61,053 bases of DNA from a virus (taxonomy: Duplodnaviria > Caudoviricetes), in the IMG/VR virus record IMGVR_UViG_3300032278_004243, positions 1 to 61,053 of that record; one strand, written 5' to 3'. The notes under the pieces are model-generated. The model was given only the letters and a program-made list of their open reading frames with translations. It was not told where the DNA came from and searched no databases. Shown one piece after another: positions 43,940 through 53,257 of this stretch (position 1 is its first letter; the number at the start of each line of letters is the position of its first letter). The position numbers and the translations under genes were made by a program.

Positions 43940-44953
43940 ATGAACATGAATGCCCGTTCCCAAGCCGTCCAGCGCGCTGATGCGCAGATCGAAGAGAGCC
44001 GCCTGCGCGCTGTCGCCGCGCGCGACGCGCAGCGGCCCAAGCCCATGAGCGCGCTGGAATCGCTGGCCGCGCGCCTCGCGCTTGACCCCCAGAAACTGCA
44101 GGACACGCTCGCCAAGACTGCCTTTTCCAGTTGCACCAGCTACGAGGAGTTCCTCGTCTGCGTGATGGTGGCCAACGAGTACGAGCTCAATCCGCTGACC
44201 AAGGAAATCTATGCGTTTCCGAAGCGCGGCGGCGGCGTGGTGCCCATGGTGGCCTACGATGGCTGGATCAAGATCATGAACCGCCACCCGATGTTCGACG
44301 GCATCGAATACGAGCACATCGAAGACGAGAAGGGCGACATCAAGGCGGTCGAAGGGATCATCTACCGGAAGGACCGCACTCGTCCGACCAAGAAGATGGT
44401 CTACCTCGACGAGTTCAAGATGAACACCGATCCGTGGAAACAGAAGCCGCGCCACATGCTCGATGTGCGCTGCACCTGCCAAGCGGTTCGCCTCGCCTTC
44501 GGCATCACGGCGGGCATAGAAGGTGTCGACGATATCGACGGCGGAGAAGTCCGCCAGACCACTTCGCTGGTCATGCCCACATTTGCTCCTGCGCTGGAGC
44601 AGGGCGCCAGCGGGCAGGTCATCGACCAGCACAACCCCCAGACCGGCGAGGTGCTGCCGCGCGATCCGCAGACCGGAATGACGCAGGTCGACGAAGAGAC
44701 CGCCCGCGCGCTCGATGCCGGTGAAGGCCGCTCCGACGACCAGTACGGCGACCAGCACGACGGCACGGTAAACGCGGCTGCTGACGGCCCCACACTCGAC
44801 CAGGCCATCGAATACCTGCAGTCGGCCACGACGATTATTGACCTGAACCGGCGCTTCGACGAGGTGAAGGGCTACTTCGTGGACGACGCCTACGCGGCGG
44901 TCAGCGACGAGCGCGATGCCCGCGCCCGGGCGCTGCGTGGCGGGAAGGCCTGA
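43940..44953 (+). CDS. RecT/Bet-family single-strand annealing protein
   Basis: VANEY.LNP.TKEIYAFP..GGG.VP.V..DGW.KI.N.HP.FDG; PW...P..ML. Confidence 0.88.
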   Translation: MNMNARSQAVQRADAQIEESRLRAVAARDAQRPKPMSALESLAARLALDPQKLQDTLAKTAFSSCTSYEEFLVCVMVANEYELNPLTKEIYAFPKRGGGVVPMVAYDGWIKIMNRHPMFDGIEYEHIEDEKGDIKAVEGIIYRKDRTRPTKKMVYLDEFKMNTDPWKQKPRHMLDVRCTCQAVRLAFGITAGIEGVDDIDGGEVRQTTSLVMPTFAPALEQGASGQVIDQHNPQTGEVLPRDPQTGMTQVDEETARALDAGEGRSDDQYGDQHDGTVNAAADGPTLDQAIEYLQSATTIIDLNRRFDEVKGYFVDDAYAAVSDERDARARALRGGKA

Positions 44954-44955
44954 CC

Positions 44956-45240
44956 ATGGCCAGCACCGTACTCAGCACCGCCGACCGGCTTGCCAACCTC
45001 CTCAAGGAGCACGTGAGCGCGGACCCGCGCGACTATCCCGACGCAACCACGCTCAAGATGGTCGACACGCTGAACCTCGACAGCCTCGACATGGTCGAGC
45101 TCATCATGGCCATCGAGGACGAGTTCAACATCAGCATCCCCGATGATGGTGCGGAACCGTTCGTTGCCGATCGCGGCGGCGCCAGCGGCAAGACCTTTGC
45201 CGACTGGGTCGCTTGGGTCGACGGGATGGTTGCAGCATGA
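44956..45240 (+). CDS. Acyl carrier protein
   Basis: LNLDSLDMVELIMAIEDEFNISIPDD: intact DSL phosphopantetheine site and helix II-III pattern. Confidence 0.8.
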   Translation: MASTVLSTADRLANLLKEHVSADPRDYPDATTLKMVDTLNLDSLDMVELIMAIEDEFNISIPDDGAEPFVADRGGASGKTFADWVAWVDGMVAA

Positions 45241-45446
45241 CCGCCGGCGCCATCAAGCCGAACGCACCGCTCGATGCCACGCAGGGCGAGCGGCTGATGG
45301 CGCGGGCCAACTGCGCCGCGCGGTGCCGGGACAGGGGCGAGGAAGAGCTCGCGCTCGCCTTTGAGGCTGGCACTCAAGATGAGGGCTACGCCATGCGGCA
45401 CGAGGTGGCCAAGCTGCGGGCGGAGCAGGGGAGGGCGGGCGCGTGA
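45237..45446 (+). CDS. Hypothetical protein
   Basis: ATGA/GTGA coupling. Confidence 0.5.
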   Translation: MTAGAIKPNAPLDATQGERLMARANCAARCRDRGEEELALAFEAGTQDEGYAMRHEVAKLRAEQGRAGA

Positions 45447-46006
45447 GTCTTCCCCCATTCCCCGATGCAGACACCATCCGTGAGCTCGTGCGGTATGAGC
45501 CCGAAACCGGCAAATTGTTCTGGCAGCATCGACCGGCGCGGTTCTTTCCGTCCGTCAGGTATCAGAAAATCTGGAACTCGCGGCAGGCTGAGACCGAGGC
45601 ATTCGTTCGGCTGAACGAACAGGGCTATCTTGTCGGAACCCTGCTTGCTGTTCCGCGCGCAGCGCATCGCGTCGCATGGCTTTGCATGCAGGACGAGCTT
45701 CCACCAGAGATTGATCACATCAACGGCAATCGACTGGACAATCGTTGGTGCAACCTCGCGGCATCCGATCGGCAAACTAATGCGAAAAATCAGAAGCTGT
45801 ATTCGAACAACACGTCAGGATGCTCGGGAGTTGTCCTCACTGCCTATGGTACGTGGCGCGCGCAGATAGCTGTCGGTCAATCGCGTAAGATTTCGCTCGG
45901 CACTTATCGCACGAAAGAAGAAGCGGTTGCCGCTCGCCGCGCTGCCGAAATGCAGCATGGCTATTCAGAGCGGCACGGAAAGGCGGGGTGCTCAAGTGCT
46001 GCCTAA
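45443..46006 (+). CDS. HNH-AP2 homing endonuclease
   Basis: Y.PETG.L.W; AHRVAW; IDHING..LDNR..NL; NTSG..GV...W.A.I...LG.Y.T.EEA. Confidence 0.85.
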   Translation: MSLPPFPDADTIRELVRYEPETGKLFWQHRPARFFPSVRYQKIWNSRQAETEAFVRLNEQGYLVGTLLAVPRAAHRVAWLCMQDELPPEIDHINGNRLDNRWCNLAASDRQTNAKNQKLYSNNTSGCSGVVLTAYGTWRAQIAVGQSRKISLGTYRTKEEAVAARRAAEMQHGYSERHGKAGCSSAA

Positions 46007-46223
46007 CCCCGGCCATTTGCCTGAGGAATGCATCATTACTGATCCCAAGACGGGAGAAGTGAAGGGGTATCGCCTTGTTCACATTCGGCTTTTCAACGGG
46101 TGGGACAGCCGCAAGGCCGGGACCAACCCTTGGCCCGCTCGGGGCGGACGTCCTCCAACAAATTGGAGCATCCGCCGCCCGACTCCGCACCCTTTCGACA
46201 TCAAGGAGTTCGAACCGCAATGA
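45996..46223 (+). CDS. Hypothetical protein
   Basis: GTG start; PNPG.LP...V.I.L.NG...W...HPFDI. Confidence 0.5.
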   Translation: MLPNPGHLPEECIITDPKTGEVKGYRLVHIRLFNGWDSRKAGTNPWPARGGRPPTNWSIRRPTPHPFDIKEFEPQ

Positions 46224-46585
46224 CCGTTAATCACACCACTGCCGACGCCCTGATCGCCGACGCGATCTGGTGGTTCAAGGGCTTCCGCGCCGCGCAGCCC
46301 GCTGACGCCAGCGACCCGACCGACAACCTCGGCCACAGCTTGCTGCGCGTCCGGGAATGGCTCAATCGCCTGCCGCTCGGCGTGTCGCGGCTCCTGGGTA
46401 CCAGCGAGCGCACGTTCGCCTGCGTGATCACCGAGCACGAGCTCGAGGTCATCATCGAGGGGCTGATATGCCGCACCAAGGAGGACCGTGACGCGGCTCT
46501 GGAAAAGGCGCGCGCAATCCACAAGCAGTTCATGGCTGAGTGCAAGGAAGTGACGGCGCACACCTATGCCGAGGTGCCGTTCTGA
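46220..46585 (+). CDS. Hypothetical protein
   Basis: ATGA coupling. Confidence 0.55.
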   Translation: MTVNHTTADALIADAIWWFKGFRAAQPADASDPTDNLGHSLLRVREWLNRLPLGVSRLLGTSERTFACVITEHELEVIIEGLICRTKEDRDAALEKARAIHKQFMAECKEVTAHTYAEVPF

Positions 46586-47949
46586 TGAACGCGGTCGCGC
46601 TCCCCCTGACCGTGGCCGACATTGTCGCCGAGTACGAGGCGAAGGATGCGGCCATCGCCAGCGAGATCAAGGCGCTCGACGAAGCCTTCACGCGGCTCGA
46701 TATGGCCGCCACGGTGCAGGGCGCTTATGTCGAGCGCGTGGCCCAGCGGCCTTACCTGCACATCGACACCCTGCGCCGGAACTTGCTCAAGTCTGGCTGG
46801 CGCGCGGTTTATCAGCGCCTGCAGATCGATGCGATTGCCAGCGCCAAGGACCGCAAGCTTTTTGAACAGGCAATGGTCAGCCCGCCGCCGCTCACGGTGG
46901 AGACGGCCAAAGCGACCTTCGGCGACTATCTGATCCGTCCCCGCTTCCACATCCTGCGCGGCCTCGCCGAGGCGTTTTGCGCGCTCGATCCGGCCTATAA
47001 GTCGCACAGCCGCGTCCGCATCGGGGTCAAGGGCTTGCCCAAGCGCGTGGTGCTGAACCACTGGGGCGGCTTTTCCAGCACTTATGGCCGCGAACGGTTC
47101 CAGGACATGGCCAACGCGCTCGCCGCCTATCGCCGCCAGTCGCCGGTCGAGTGGTGCGAGATGCTGGACATCGACGACCAGCACAAAGCGGGCAGCGATG
47201 CCGTGATGAATGGTCGCGTGCTCAAGCGGTACAGGAACGCCGGGCAGGAGGAAGAGTACCACGCCCCCGATCGCGGTCTTACCATCCGCAAGTTCGGCAA
47301 CGGCAATGCTCACGTCTATTTCGACCAAGACGCGCTGCATGCCGTCAATCGCGCGCTGGCCGAGTTCTACGGCGAGGTCCTGCCCGATGCCGAGCCGGAG
47401 GGCGTGAAGCCCAGCTATAGCACTGCGGTAGCGAAGGACCTGCAGTTCTACTGGTCGCCACCCGAAGTCGTCGAGCGCGCGCTGGCGTTTGCAGGCATCC
47501 CCGATCTGCGCGAGTGGGGCCGCGACCACACCCGCCGTCCGGCGCCGATGCAGGTGCTGGAGCCGAGCTGCGGCGATGGTCGTATTCTCGATCTGTTGCG
47601 CACTTATGGGCACAACCGGTTTGGCATCGAGTACCATCGAGGCCGCGCAGCCGAGGCAAAGGCCAAGGGGCACGACGTCTTCTGCGCCAACTTCCTCGAT
47701 TGCGAACCAAGGCCGTTTGAGGCGGTGGTGATGAACCCGCCGTTCTATGGCCGGCACTACCTCTACCACGTCAGCCACGCTCTGCGCTTCGTCCAGCCGG
47801 GCGGCGTCCTCGTCGCCATCCTTCCCGCCACCGCGCGCTACGATCACGGCGATCTGCATGGCGAATGGGAAGACCTGCCCGTCGCCAGTTTTGCCGAGGC
47901 CGGCACCAACGTTCCCACTACCATGCTCAAGATCAGGAAGCCCGCATGA
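46585..47949 (+). CDS. DUF4942-type N6-adenine DNA methyltransferase
   Basis: F.NGN.H..F; VLEPSCGDG (motif I); VMNPPFY (motif IV); LP..SF..AGTNV.T. Confidence 0.82.
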   Translation: MNAVALPLTVADIVAEYEAKDAAIASEIKALDEAFTRLDMAATVQGAYVERVAQRPYLHIDTLRRNLLKSGWRAVYQRLQIDAIASAKDRKLFEQAMVSPPPLTVETAKATFGDYLIRPRFHILRGLAEAFCALDPAYKSHSRVRIGVKGLPKRVVLNHWGGFSSTYGRERFQDMANALAAYRRQSPVEWCEMLDIDDQHKAGSDAVMNGRVLKRYRNAGQEEEYHAPDRGLTIRKFGNGNAHVYFDQDALHAVNRALAEFYGEVLPDAEPEGVKPSYSTAVAKDLQFYWSPPEVVERALAFAGIPDLREWGRDHTRRPAPMQVLEPSCGDGRILDLLRTYGHNRFGIEYHRGRAAEAKAKGHDVFCANFLDCEPRPFEAVVMNPPFYGRHYLYHVSHALRFVQPGGVLVAILPATARYDHGDLHGEWEDLPVASFAEAGTNVPTTMLKIRKPA

Positions 47950-49427
47950 CTGAGAAAGCCCTGACCCTGCCGCTGTCGCTGATCCAGCCCGGCGGCAATC
48001 CTCGCCGGTTCTTCAATCCGGCCAAGCACGAGGAGCTGGTTGCGTCGATCCGCCTGCGCGGGCTGCTGCAGCCGCTGCTTGTCCGCCCCGCGCCAGATGG
48101 CGACAACTACCTGCTCGTCGCTGGCGGGCGGCGCTACCGGGCCGCGCTTGAGGTCTACGGCGCCGAGGGTCTGGTCCCGGTGATCAGCCGCGAGATGACC
48201 GATCAGGAAGCGCTCGAGGCTGCGATCGACGAGAACGACGTCCGCGAGGATGCCTCTGAAACCGAACAGGCCGACGCCGCGCTGCGCATCCTCGCCGCCT
48301 GCCAGGACGATCGCGCCGAGGCCGCGCGCCGTCTGGGCTGGTCGACCTTCAAGCTCGACCGCCGCCTTGCGCTCGCCGGGCTGTCCGATGCGGTGAAGGC
48401 CGCGCTGGACGAGCGCCGCATCAAGGTCGGCCATGCCGAGCTCCTTGCCGCCGTGCCAGCCGACAAGCAGGACAAAGCGCTGGAGACGATCCTCACCTCT
48501 GGCATCGATGTCGCCAAGACGCGCGAGCTGCTCCAGCGTGTGACGCAGAACCTTGCCGCGGCGACTTTCGACAAGACCGAATGTGCCGGATGCGGCTACA
48601 ACTCCGCCCGCCAGCGCGCGCTGTTCGAGACCCACGTCGAGGATGGCCACTGCACCAACGGCGCCTGCTTTGCGCTGAAGGTCGAGGCTGCCGAGAAGGC
48701 CCGCGCGGTGGCGGAGCCTGTGATTGAACCGGATTCCGGAGAGGCGAGTGACGAGAACCGCTCGGAGGCTGTGCCGAGTGTCGACCGTCCAAGTACCCCG
48801 GATAGCCCGCCTGCTTCCCAGCCGGAGCAGGCGGGCGCCCCTGCCGCAACAGAGCCGCAGAGCAATTTGCAGAAAACGCAAAGAACTCAAGCCGCGCCCG
48901 CCAAGCCCAAGGTCACCTCCGAAGGCCTCCGCACCAAGTTGAAGCCGGTGCGGGAGCAGGCCTGGCGCGCCGCCGTGGCCGCTGCGATCGCCGAGAGCGC
49001 TGATCACGTCCGCATCGCCGACTTTGCTGCGCAGTGCGTGACCAGCGGCTTGCATGTCAGCTTCGATCAGGTCGTCAGCCTTGCGGGCTATCTCGAGGTC
49101 GATCTCCGCACGACATGGCGCGTCGACGGCGATTTCTTGCACCCGCTCGGCAAGGACGAGCTCAAGTTCATTGCCGAGGAATGCGGCTTGATCGCGCATC
49201 TCGGCACGAAGCGGTTTGCCAATGTGCTGGCCGGCAAGACGCACGAGATTATCGCCAGCATGCTCCACGCCACCGGCTTCGACTGGGCTGGCCGCATTCC
49301 CAGCTGCATGTCGCTCGACGGCAAGTACGGCGCGCCGCCAGCCGCCGAGGAGCCGGCCGAACAGATCGCCGGGCCGGAAAGCGACGAGCCGCAGGCCGAC
49401 GTCACCCCTAAAACCGAAGAGGCCTGA
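47946..49427 (+). CDS. PRTRC system ParB-family protein
   Basis: NPRR.F...ELVASI...GLLQP.LVRP; AGGRRYRA; EN..R; C..C.YNS..Q..LF...CTN..CF; W.VD..FL..L.K.EL. Confidence 0.85.
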   Translation: MTEKALTLPLSLIQPGGNPRRFFNPAKHEELVASIRLRGLLQPLLVRPAPDGDNYLLVAGGRRYRAALEVYGAEGLVPVISREMTDQEALEAAIDENDVREDASETEQADAALRILAACQDDRAEAARRLGWSTFKLDRRLALAGLSDAVKAALDERRIKVGHAELLAAVPADKQDKALETILTSGIDVAKTRELLQRVTQNLAAATFDKTECAGCGYNSARQRALFETHVEDGHCTNGACFALKVEAAEKARAVAEPVIEPDSGEASDENRSEAVPSVDRPSTPDSPPASQPEQAGAPAATEPQSNLQKTQRTQAAPAKPKVTSEGLRTKLKPVREQAWRAAVAAAIAESADHVRIADFAAQCVTSGLHVSFDQVVSLAGYLEVDLRTTWRVDGDFLHPLGKDELKFIAEECGLIAHLGTKRFANVLAGKTHEIIASMLHATGFDWAGRIPSCMSLDGKYGAPPAAEEPAEQIAGPESDEPQADVTPKTEEA

Positions 49428-49431
49428 TCCG

Positions 49432-49848
49432 ATGCTGATCACCAATCTGTTGCCGCTGCTCGCCCGCTATTCGCTCGGCTTTGACCTTGTCGCCGGGGCA
49501 GACGATGTCGTCACGCTTACCGTGATCCCGCGCAAGGCCGAAGGCGCCAAGCAAGCACTGGAACCCGGCGAGGCCCGCCCGATCTCGATCACCGGCACGG
49601 CGGCCGAGATCGACGAGCAGCTCGCCCTCGGCGCCGAGGGTGCGCTCGGCCAGATTTTCATCGCGCGCCGCGAACTGGCGGACCAGCTGGCCGAACAGCG
49701 CAAGGCCGCCGAGGACGCCAAGGCCGCAGTCGCGAGCAAGGCCAAGCCCGCCGCGAAGGCAGCGCCAGCGCCCACGCCCGCCAAGGCCGCACCGGTACCA
49801 ACGCCCGCGCCAGCCCCGGCGGCGGACGAGCCGCTCTCCCTCTACTGA
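49432..49848 (+). CDS. PRTRC system protein E
   Basis: LTVIP...P.SITGTAAEID..L; Ala/Pro/Lys tail ending LSLY. Confidence 0.75.
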   Translation: MLITNLLPLLARYSLGFDLVAGADDVVTLTVIPRKAEGAKQALEPGEARPISITGTAAEIDEQLALGAEGALGQIFIARRELADQLAEQRKAAEDAKAAVASKAKPAAKAAPAPTPAKAAPVPTPAPAPAADEPLSLY

Positions 49849-49864
49849 TCGTCAGGAGCCTCCG

Positions 49865-50074
49865 ATGGAAGTCACCACGCTCACCCGCGTCTACCGCTAC
49901 GACGGCATCGACCTGCCGGTTCCGCCGCACCTCGCCGGCGATGCCGCCGCGCTGCGCGCTTATCACGCGACGCTCTACCCCGCGATCCTGAACGCCGAGG
50001 CGGTCGACCTGGGCGTGACCAACGGCGCGCTGGTGACCGAGTACCGCCGCGCTGTCGGCACCAAGGGCCGATGA
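49865..50074 (+). CDS. PRTRC system protein C (prokaryotic ubiquitin-like)
   Basis: L.RVYRY.GI.LP.P...Y...YP.ILNA...RRAVGTKG; AGGAG SD. Confidence 0.85.
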   Translation: MEVTTLTRVYRYDGIDLPVPPHLAGDAAALRAYHATLYPAILNAEAVDLGVTNGALVTEYRRAVGTKGR

Positions 50075-50271
50075 ACGGCGTCCCGCCACCGCCCCGCAAA
50101 ACCCTTCTGGAATGGATCGAAACCGATGACGGCGACACGTCCGGCGATGCCCGCCCCGTCTGCAGCATCTCGCAGCAGGCCCTCCATGCGACCCTCGGCG
50201 GCACGCTTGAAGGCAGCGGGCACGAACCTCTTGCGCCGCCAGCCCAGCTCTTCCTCGCGCCTCTCGGCTGA
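50071..50271 (+). CDS. Small hypothetical protein between PRTRC C and F
   Basis: ATGA-coupled to C; overlaps the 5' end of F. Confidence 0.4.
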   Translation: MNGVPPPPRKTLLEWIETDDGDTSGDARPVCSISQQALHATLGGTLEGSGHEPLAPPAQLFLAPLG

Positions 50272-51238
50272 TCTGGCGGGCAGGACGGTTGCGCTGTCGC
50301 CGGCGGTGCCGTTCGGCTTCGACGAGCCGCTGCCGCCGCACCACAAGCTGATTGGCCGCTGGATCGCCGCACATCAGCCGAGCGACCGGGTGATGACCCG
50401 GATGGAAGCGCGCCAGCACATCGAGGCGGCGTTTGATGCTGCGGTTATGGACGCGCTGGGGCGCATCGACATCGCCGACTTCCGCGTCGTGGTCTTGACC
50501 GGCGATGTCGAGAAACCGCCCGCGCTTGCGATCATCTGCGACAGCATCGGGCAGGTCGAACTTGGCTGGATCGAACAGACCAATGTGCTTGCGAATACGC
50601 TCAAGGGCCGCGTCGCTCCGGTGGGTTGGCGCGCGCGGGCCTACAAGGCGCTTGCCGATACGCTCGCCGCCGCGCTGCCGCTCTTCACCTACGACGAGAT
50701 GTTCGAAGAACTGGCGGGCATGTACTGGGACGGCGAGACTGAAGACGGTCCAGCCGTCCAGTCGGCAGAGATGCTTGGGTACGATCCCAACGACATCATC
50801 CTGCCGTCGCAGGTTCACGCCAAGAAGCCCGACTTCATGCTGGCCGAGAATGCCGCGCCGCTGAAGGGGCTCCCTCCCGCGCTGGCGGCGATCCTTCGTC
50901 GTCTCGACAAGGCCCACACCGCGCTGATCGCGATCAAGGAGGGCAATGCTTGGTGGTTCGAGCACGACCAGCTGCTCGAATACGCTCCGGAGTACGAGGA
51001 CGCTGCCTACCTGCCGCCCATGACGCTGGTCCCGGTCGATCACTTCAATGCCGAGGTCGACGAGGTCGGGCGCATGGGGATGGAAAGCATCTTCCAGAGC
51101 GCGGCGGGGCTTTGTCCGATCACCGATGTCGCCGCGATCAATCGCTGGTTTGAGACGCTGCGCCTCGGCGCCGATCTGCTGACCGCTGCGCAGGACCTGA
51201 TCGCATTCGATCCTTTTGCCGACCGGGGGCGAGCATGA
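50126..51238 (+). CDS. PRTRC system protein F
   Basis: Position between C and B; LPLFT.DE.FE.....YWDGE motif; start uncertain. Confidence 0.7.
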   Translation: MTATRPAMPAPSAASRSRPSMRPSAARLKAAGTNLLRRQPSSSSRLSADLAGRTVALSPAVPFGFDEPLPPHHKLIGRWIAAHQPSDRVMTRMEARQHIEAAFDAAVMDALGRIDIADFRVVVLTGDVEKPPALAIICDSIGQVELGWIEQTNVLANTLKGRVAPVGWRARAYKALADTLAAALPLFTYDEMFEELAGMYWDGETEDGPAVQSAEMLGYDPNDIILPSQVHAKKPDFMLAENAAPLKGLPPALAAILRRLDKAHTALIAIKEGNAWWFEHDQLLEYAPEYEDAAYLPPMTLVPVDHFNAEVDEVGRMGMESIFQSAAGLCPITDVAAINRWFETLRLGADLLTAAQDLIAFDPFADRGRA

Positions 51239-52020
51239 GCGTCTCGACCGAATTTCAGGCGACGGGCGGTGGCCTGATGCTGTCGCAGGCCATCCTGCTC
51301 TATCAAGACAGTGGCCGCAGCAATTTTTACGACGCCCCCAAGGCTTTCGCCAGCATGCACGGCATCGAGGAGCAGGACGGCAAGCCGGTGATCGCCGCCG
51401 GCGCCCCGCTCACCCGCGCACACCTGCGCAAGTGGACCTCGCTCCTTGGCCGTGCCGCCGCGCCGGAAATCCTGCCCGAAAACGTGCTGGTTTCGCACCC
51501 GGACATGCTGGCGTGGTGGATCCCCGAACGCGTCCGCATGGCGCACTTCGCGATCAGCCGCCCGACCGCTGACCTGAAGGTACTCGGCCAGCGCACCACA
51601 GTCGCGGTGCCCTATCCGGCGCACCTGCTGATTGCCACGCGGCGCAGCCTCGGCGTCTATGCCCTCACGGGCAACAAGCGGCCCACCGCCGAGACCGTGG
51701 CTTGTCACTCGCCGGTTCTGAACGTGTTCATCGATGGCAAGCTCTGCTGGGGCAACATCGCCAAGCCCAAGGCGCTCGGCATCGCTGCGATGGCGCAATT
51801 CGAAGCGGCGGTGTTCGACTCCTGGTCGACGCATCCCAACGCCGGGCAGGATCAGGCCATCACCGGCAAGGGCGGTCTGGTCCGCCTCTGGGATGATCTC
51901 GCCGCGCGCAAGGCAAAGACGTTCCCGGTCCGGCGCCTGAAGCCGTTTCTGACGACGGTGCGCGGCAAGACAAAGGGCCAGCCGCTGACGGTGGGCCAGC
52001 TGATCGCGGGAGGCGCATGA
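51235..52020 (+). CDS. PRTRC system protein B (prokaryotic E2-like)
   Basis: AILLY; WW.P; VPYP.....A; SP..NVF.DG.LCWGN; F.S.STHPN. Confidence 0.85.
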   Translation: MSVSTEFQATGGGLMLSQAILLYQDSGRSNFYDAPKAFASMHGIEEQDGKPVIAAGAPLTRAHLRKWTSLLGRAAAPEILPENVLVSHPDMLAWWIPERVRMAHFAISRPTADLKVLGQRTTVAVPYPAHLLIATRRSLGVYALTGNKRPTAETVACHSPVLNVFIDGKLCWGNIAKPKALGIAAMAQFEAAVFDSWSTHPNAGQDQAITGKGGLVRLWDDLAARKAKTFPVRRLKPFLTTVRGKTKGQPLTVGQLIAGGA

Positions 52021-52604
52021 TGCTGGAAACCCGCGAGCCCGACGCCATCCACGAACGCCTTCGCAAGGCGGTGGAGAAGAAGCAATCGTCCTACCTCTGG
52101 ATCCCGGAGCATTCGATCACCTTCACGCCGCGCTTGTTGCCGGTGATCTGCGGCGATGGCCGCGCGCTGTTCACTTTGAGGACGACCAACCAGCGGCCCG
52201 CGTACTGGATCATCCGGGGCTGCAGCACTTGGGGCTGTGGTTACGATCGCGAGGATTCGTCGGGGCCCGACTTTGCCGAGCTCACCGATGACCTGATGTA
52301 CGAACTTGAGGACCACTTTGGGCGCGGTCGCTGCGGCTACTCCGGCAACAGCCTGTTTTATCCGCGCCGGGAACGCATCCAGTGGTGCCAGTGCGAGGAA
52401 TGCGACGAGAAGCGCTGGAAGGCCCGCTGGCCAATGGTCGATGACGATGGCGGTTGCTCCTGGAGCCGCATGGACTGGCCGGAAGGGTTCCCGACCGTTC
52501 GGCACTGGCTGAGTTGGCAGGGCAACCTCTTGGACAACCAGCCGCGTTGGCCCGCCGATGTCGCGGTGCCGCTCCGCGCTCTTGATGTGCAGGTGGCAGC
52601 ATGA
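52017..52604 (+). CDS. Cys/Trp-rich hypothetical protein inserted in the PRTRC cassette
   Basis: ATGA overlaps at both ends; CQCEEC motif. Confidence 0.65.
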   Translation: MMLETREPDAIHERLRKAVEKKQSSYLWIPEHSITFTPRLLPVICGDGRALFTLRTTNQRPAYWIIRGCSTWGCGYDREDSSGPDFAELTDDLMYELEDHFGRGRCGYSGNSLFYPRRERIQWCQCEECDEKRWKARWPMVDDDGGCSWSRMDWPEGFPTVRHWLSWQGNLLDNQPRWPADVAVPLRALDVQVAA

Positions 52605-53257
52605 GCCTCGCCGCCGACCCCACCGCCGCCGCGGTGCTGGAGGCTTTCCCCTGCCATCCGGTGCCGCCCATGGGCAGCGCACCCACCATCGATGCGCTGC
52701 GCGAGGCACGCGCCGGGCAGGGCTTCATCGTTGGCCAAAACGGCATAATGCTGATCCTGCGCAGGCCGTGGCTGGCGCTCGATTACCGCGTGACCGAGGG
52801 GCCGGAGTGCCATGTGCCTTACGGTGCGGTGGGCCCGGATGCGCTGCATTTCCGGTGCGGCAACATCCCCGCCGTGCTGATGGAACAGACGCTCGAGTAT
52901 TTCATCGCAGCGCTGCCGAACGAGGCCGCGGCTTTTATCCTCTGGCACGAACAGGCGCGGACGTTCCGCCTCGAGTTCCCGGAGATCGACGCCGCGACGC
53001 CCAGCCGCCTTGTCTACCGGCCGCCGGTGCTGGGGCAGGGCTGGCATCTGGTCTGCGACATCCACAGCCACGGCGCAGGGCATGCGTTCTTCAGCGGTAC
53101 CGACGATGCGGACGATGCGCACAGCACCAAGATCGCTGTCGTGGTCGGCACGCTCGGCACCGATTCCATCCCGACCTTCAAGGCGCGCCTCTGCGCCGGG
53201 GGCATGTTCCTGACCCTGCCAGGGTTGCCATTCGAGGGGGCGCCCGATGCAGCCTGA
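52601..53257 (+). CDS. PRTRC system protein A (JAB/MPN metallopeptidase)
   Basis: LPNEAAA; DIHSHG...AFFS.TD.ADD. Confidence 0.9.
   Translation: MSLAADPTAAAVLEAFPCHPVPPMGSAPTIDALREARAGQGFIVGQNGIMLILRRPWLALDYRVTEGPECHVPYGAVGPDALHFRCGNIPAVLMEQTLEYFIAALPNEAAAFILWHEQARTFRLEFPEIDAATPSRLVYRPPVLGQGWHLVCDIHSHGAGHAFFSGTDDADDAHSTKIAVVVGTLGTDSIPTFKARLCAGGMFLTLPGLPFEGAPDAA

Noticed and set aside
47946-49427. Plasmid-prophage partition system (ParABS)
   Set aside because: No ParA or ParM and no parS array seen; the ParB is of the PRTRC type, and the phage has int and xis
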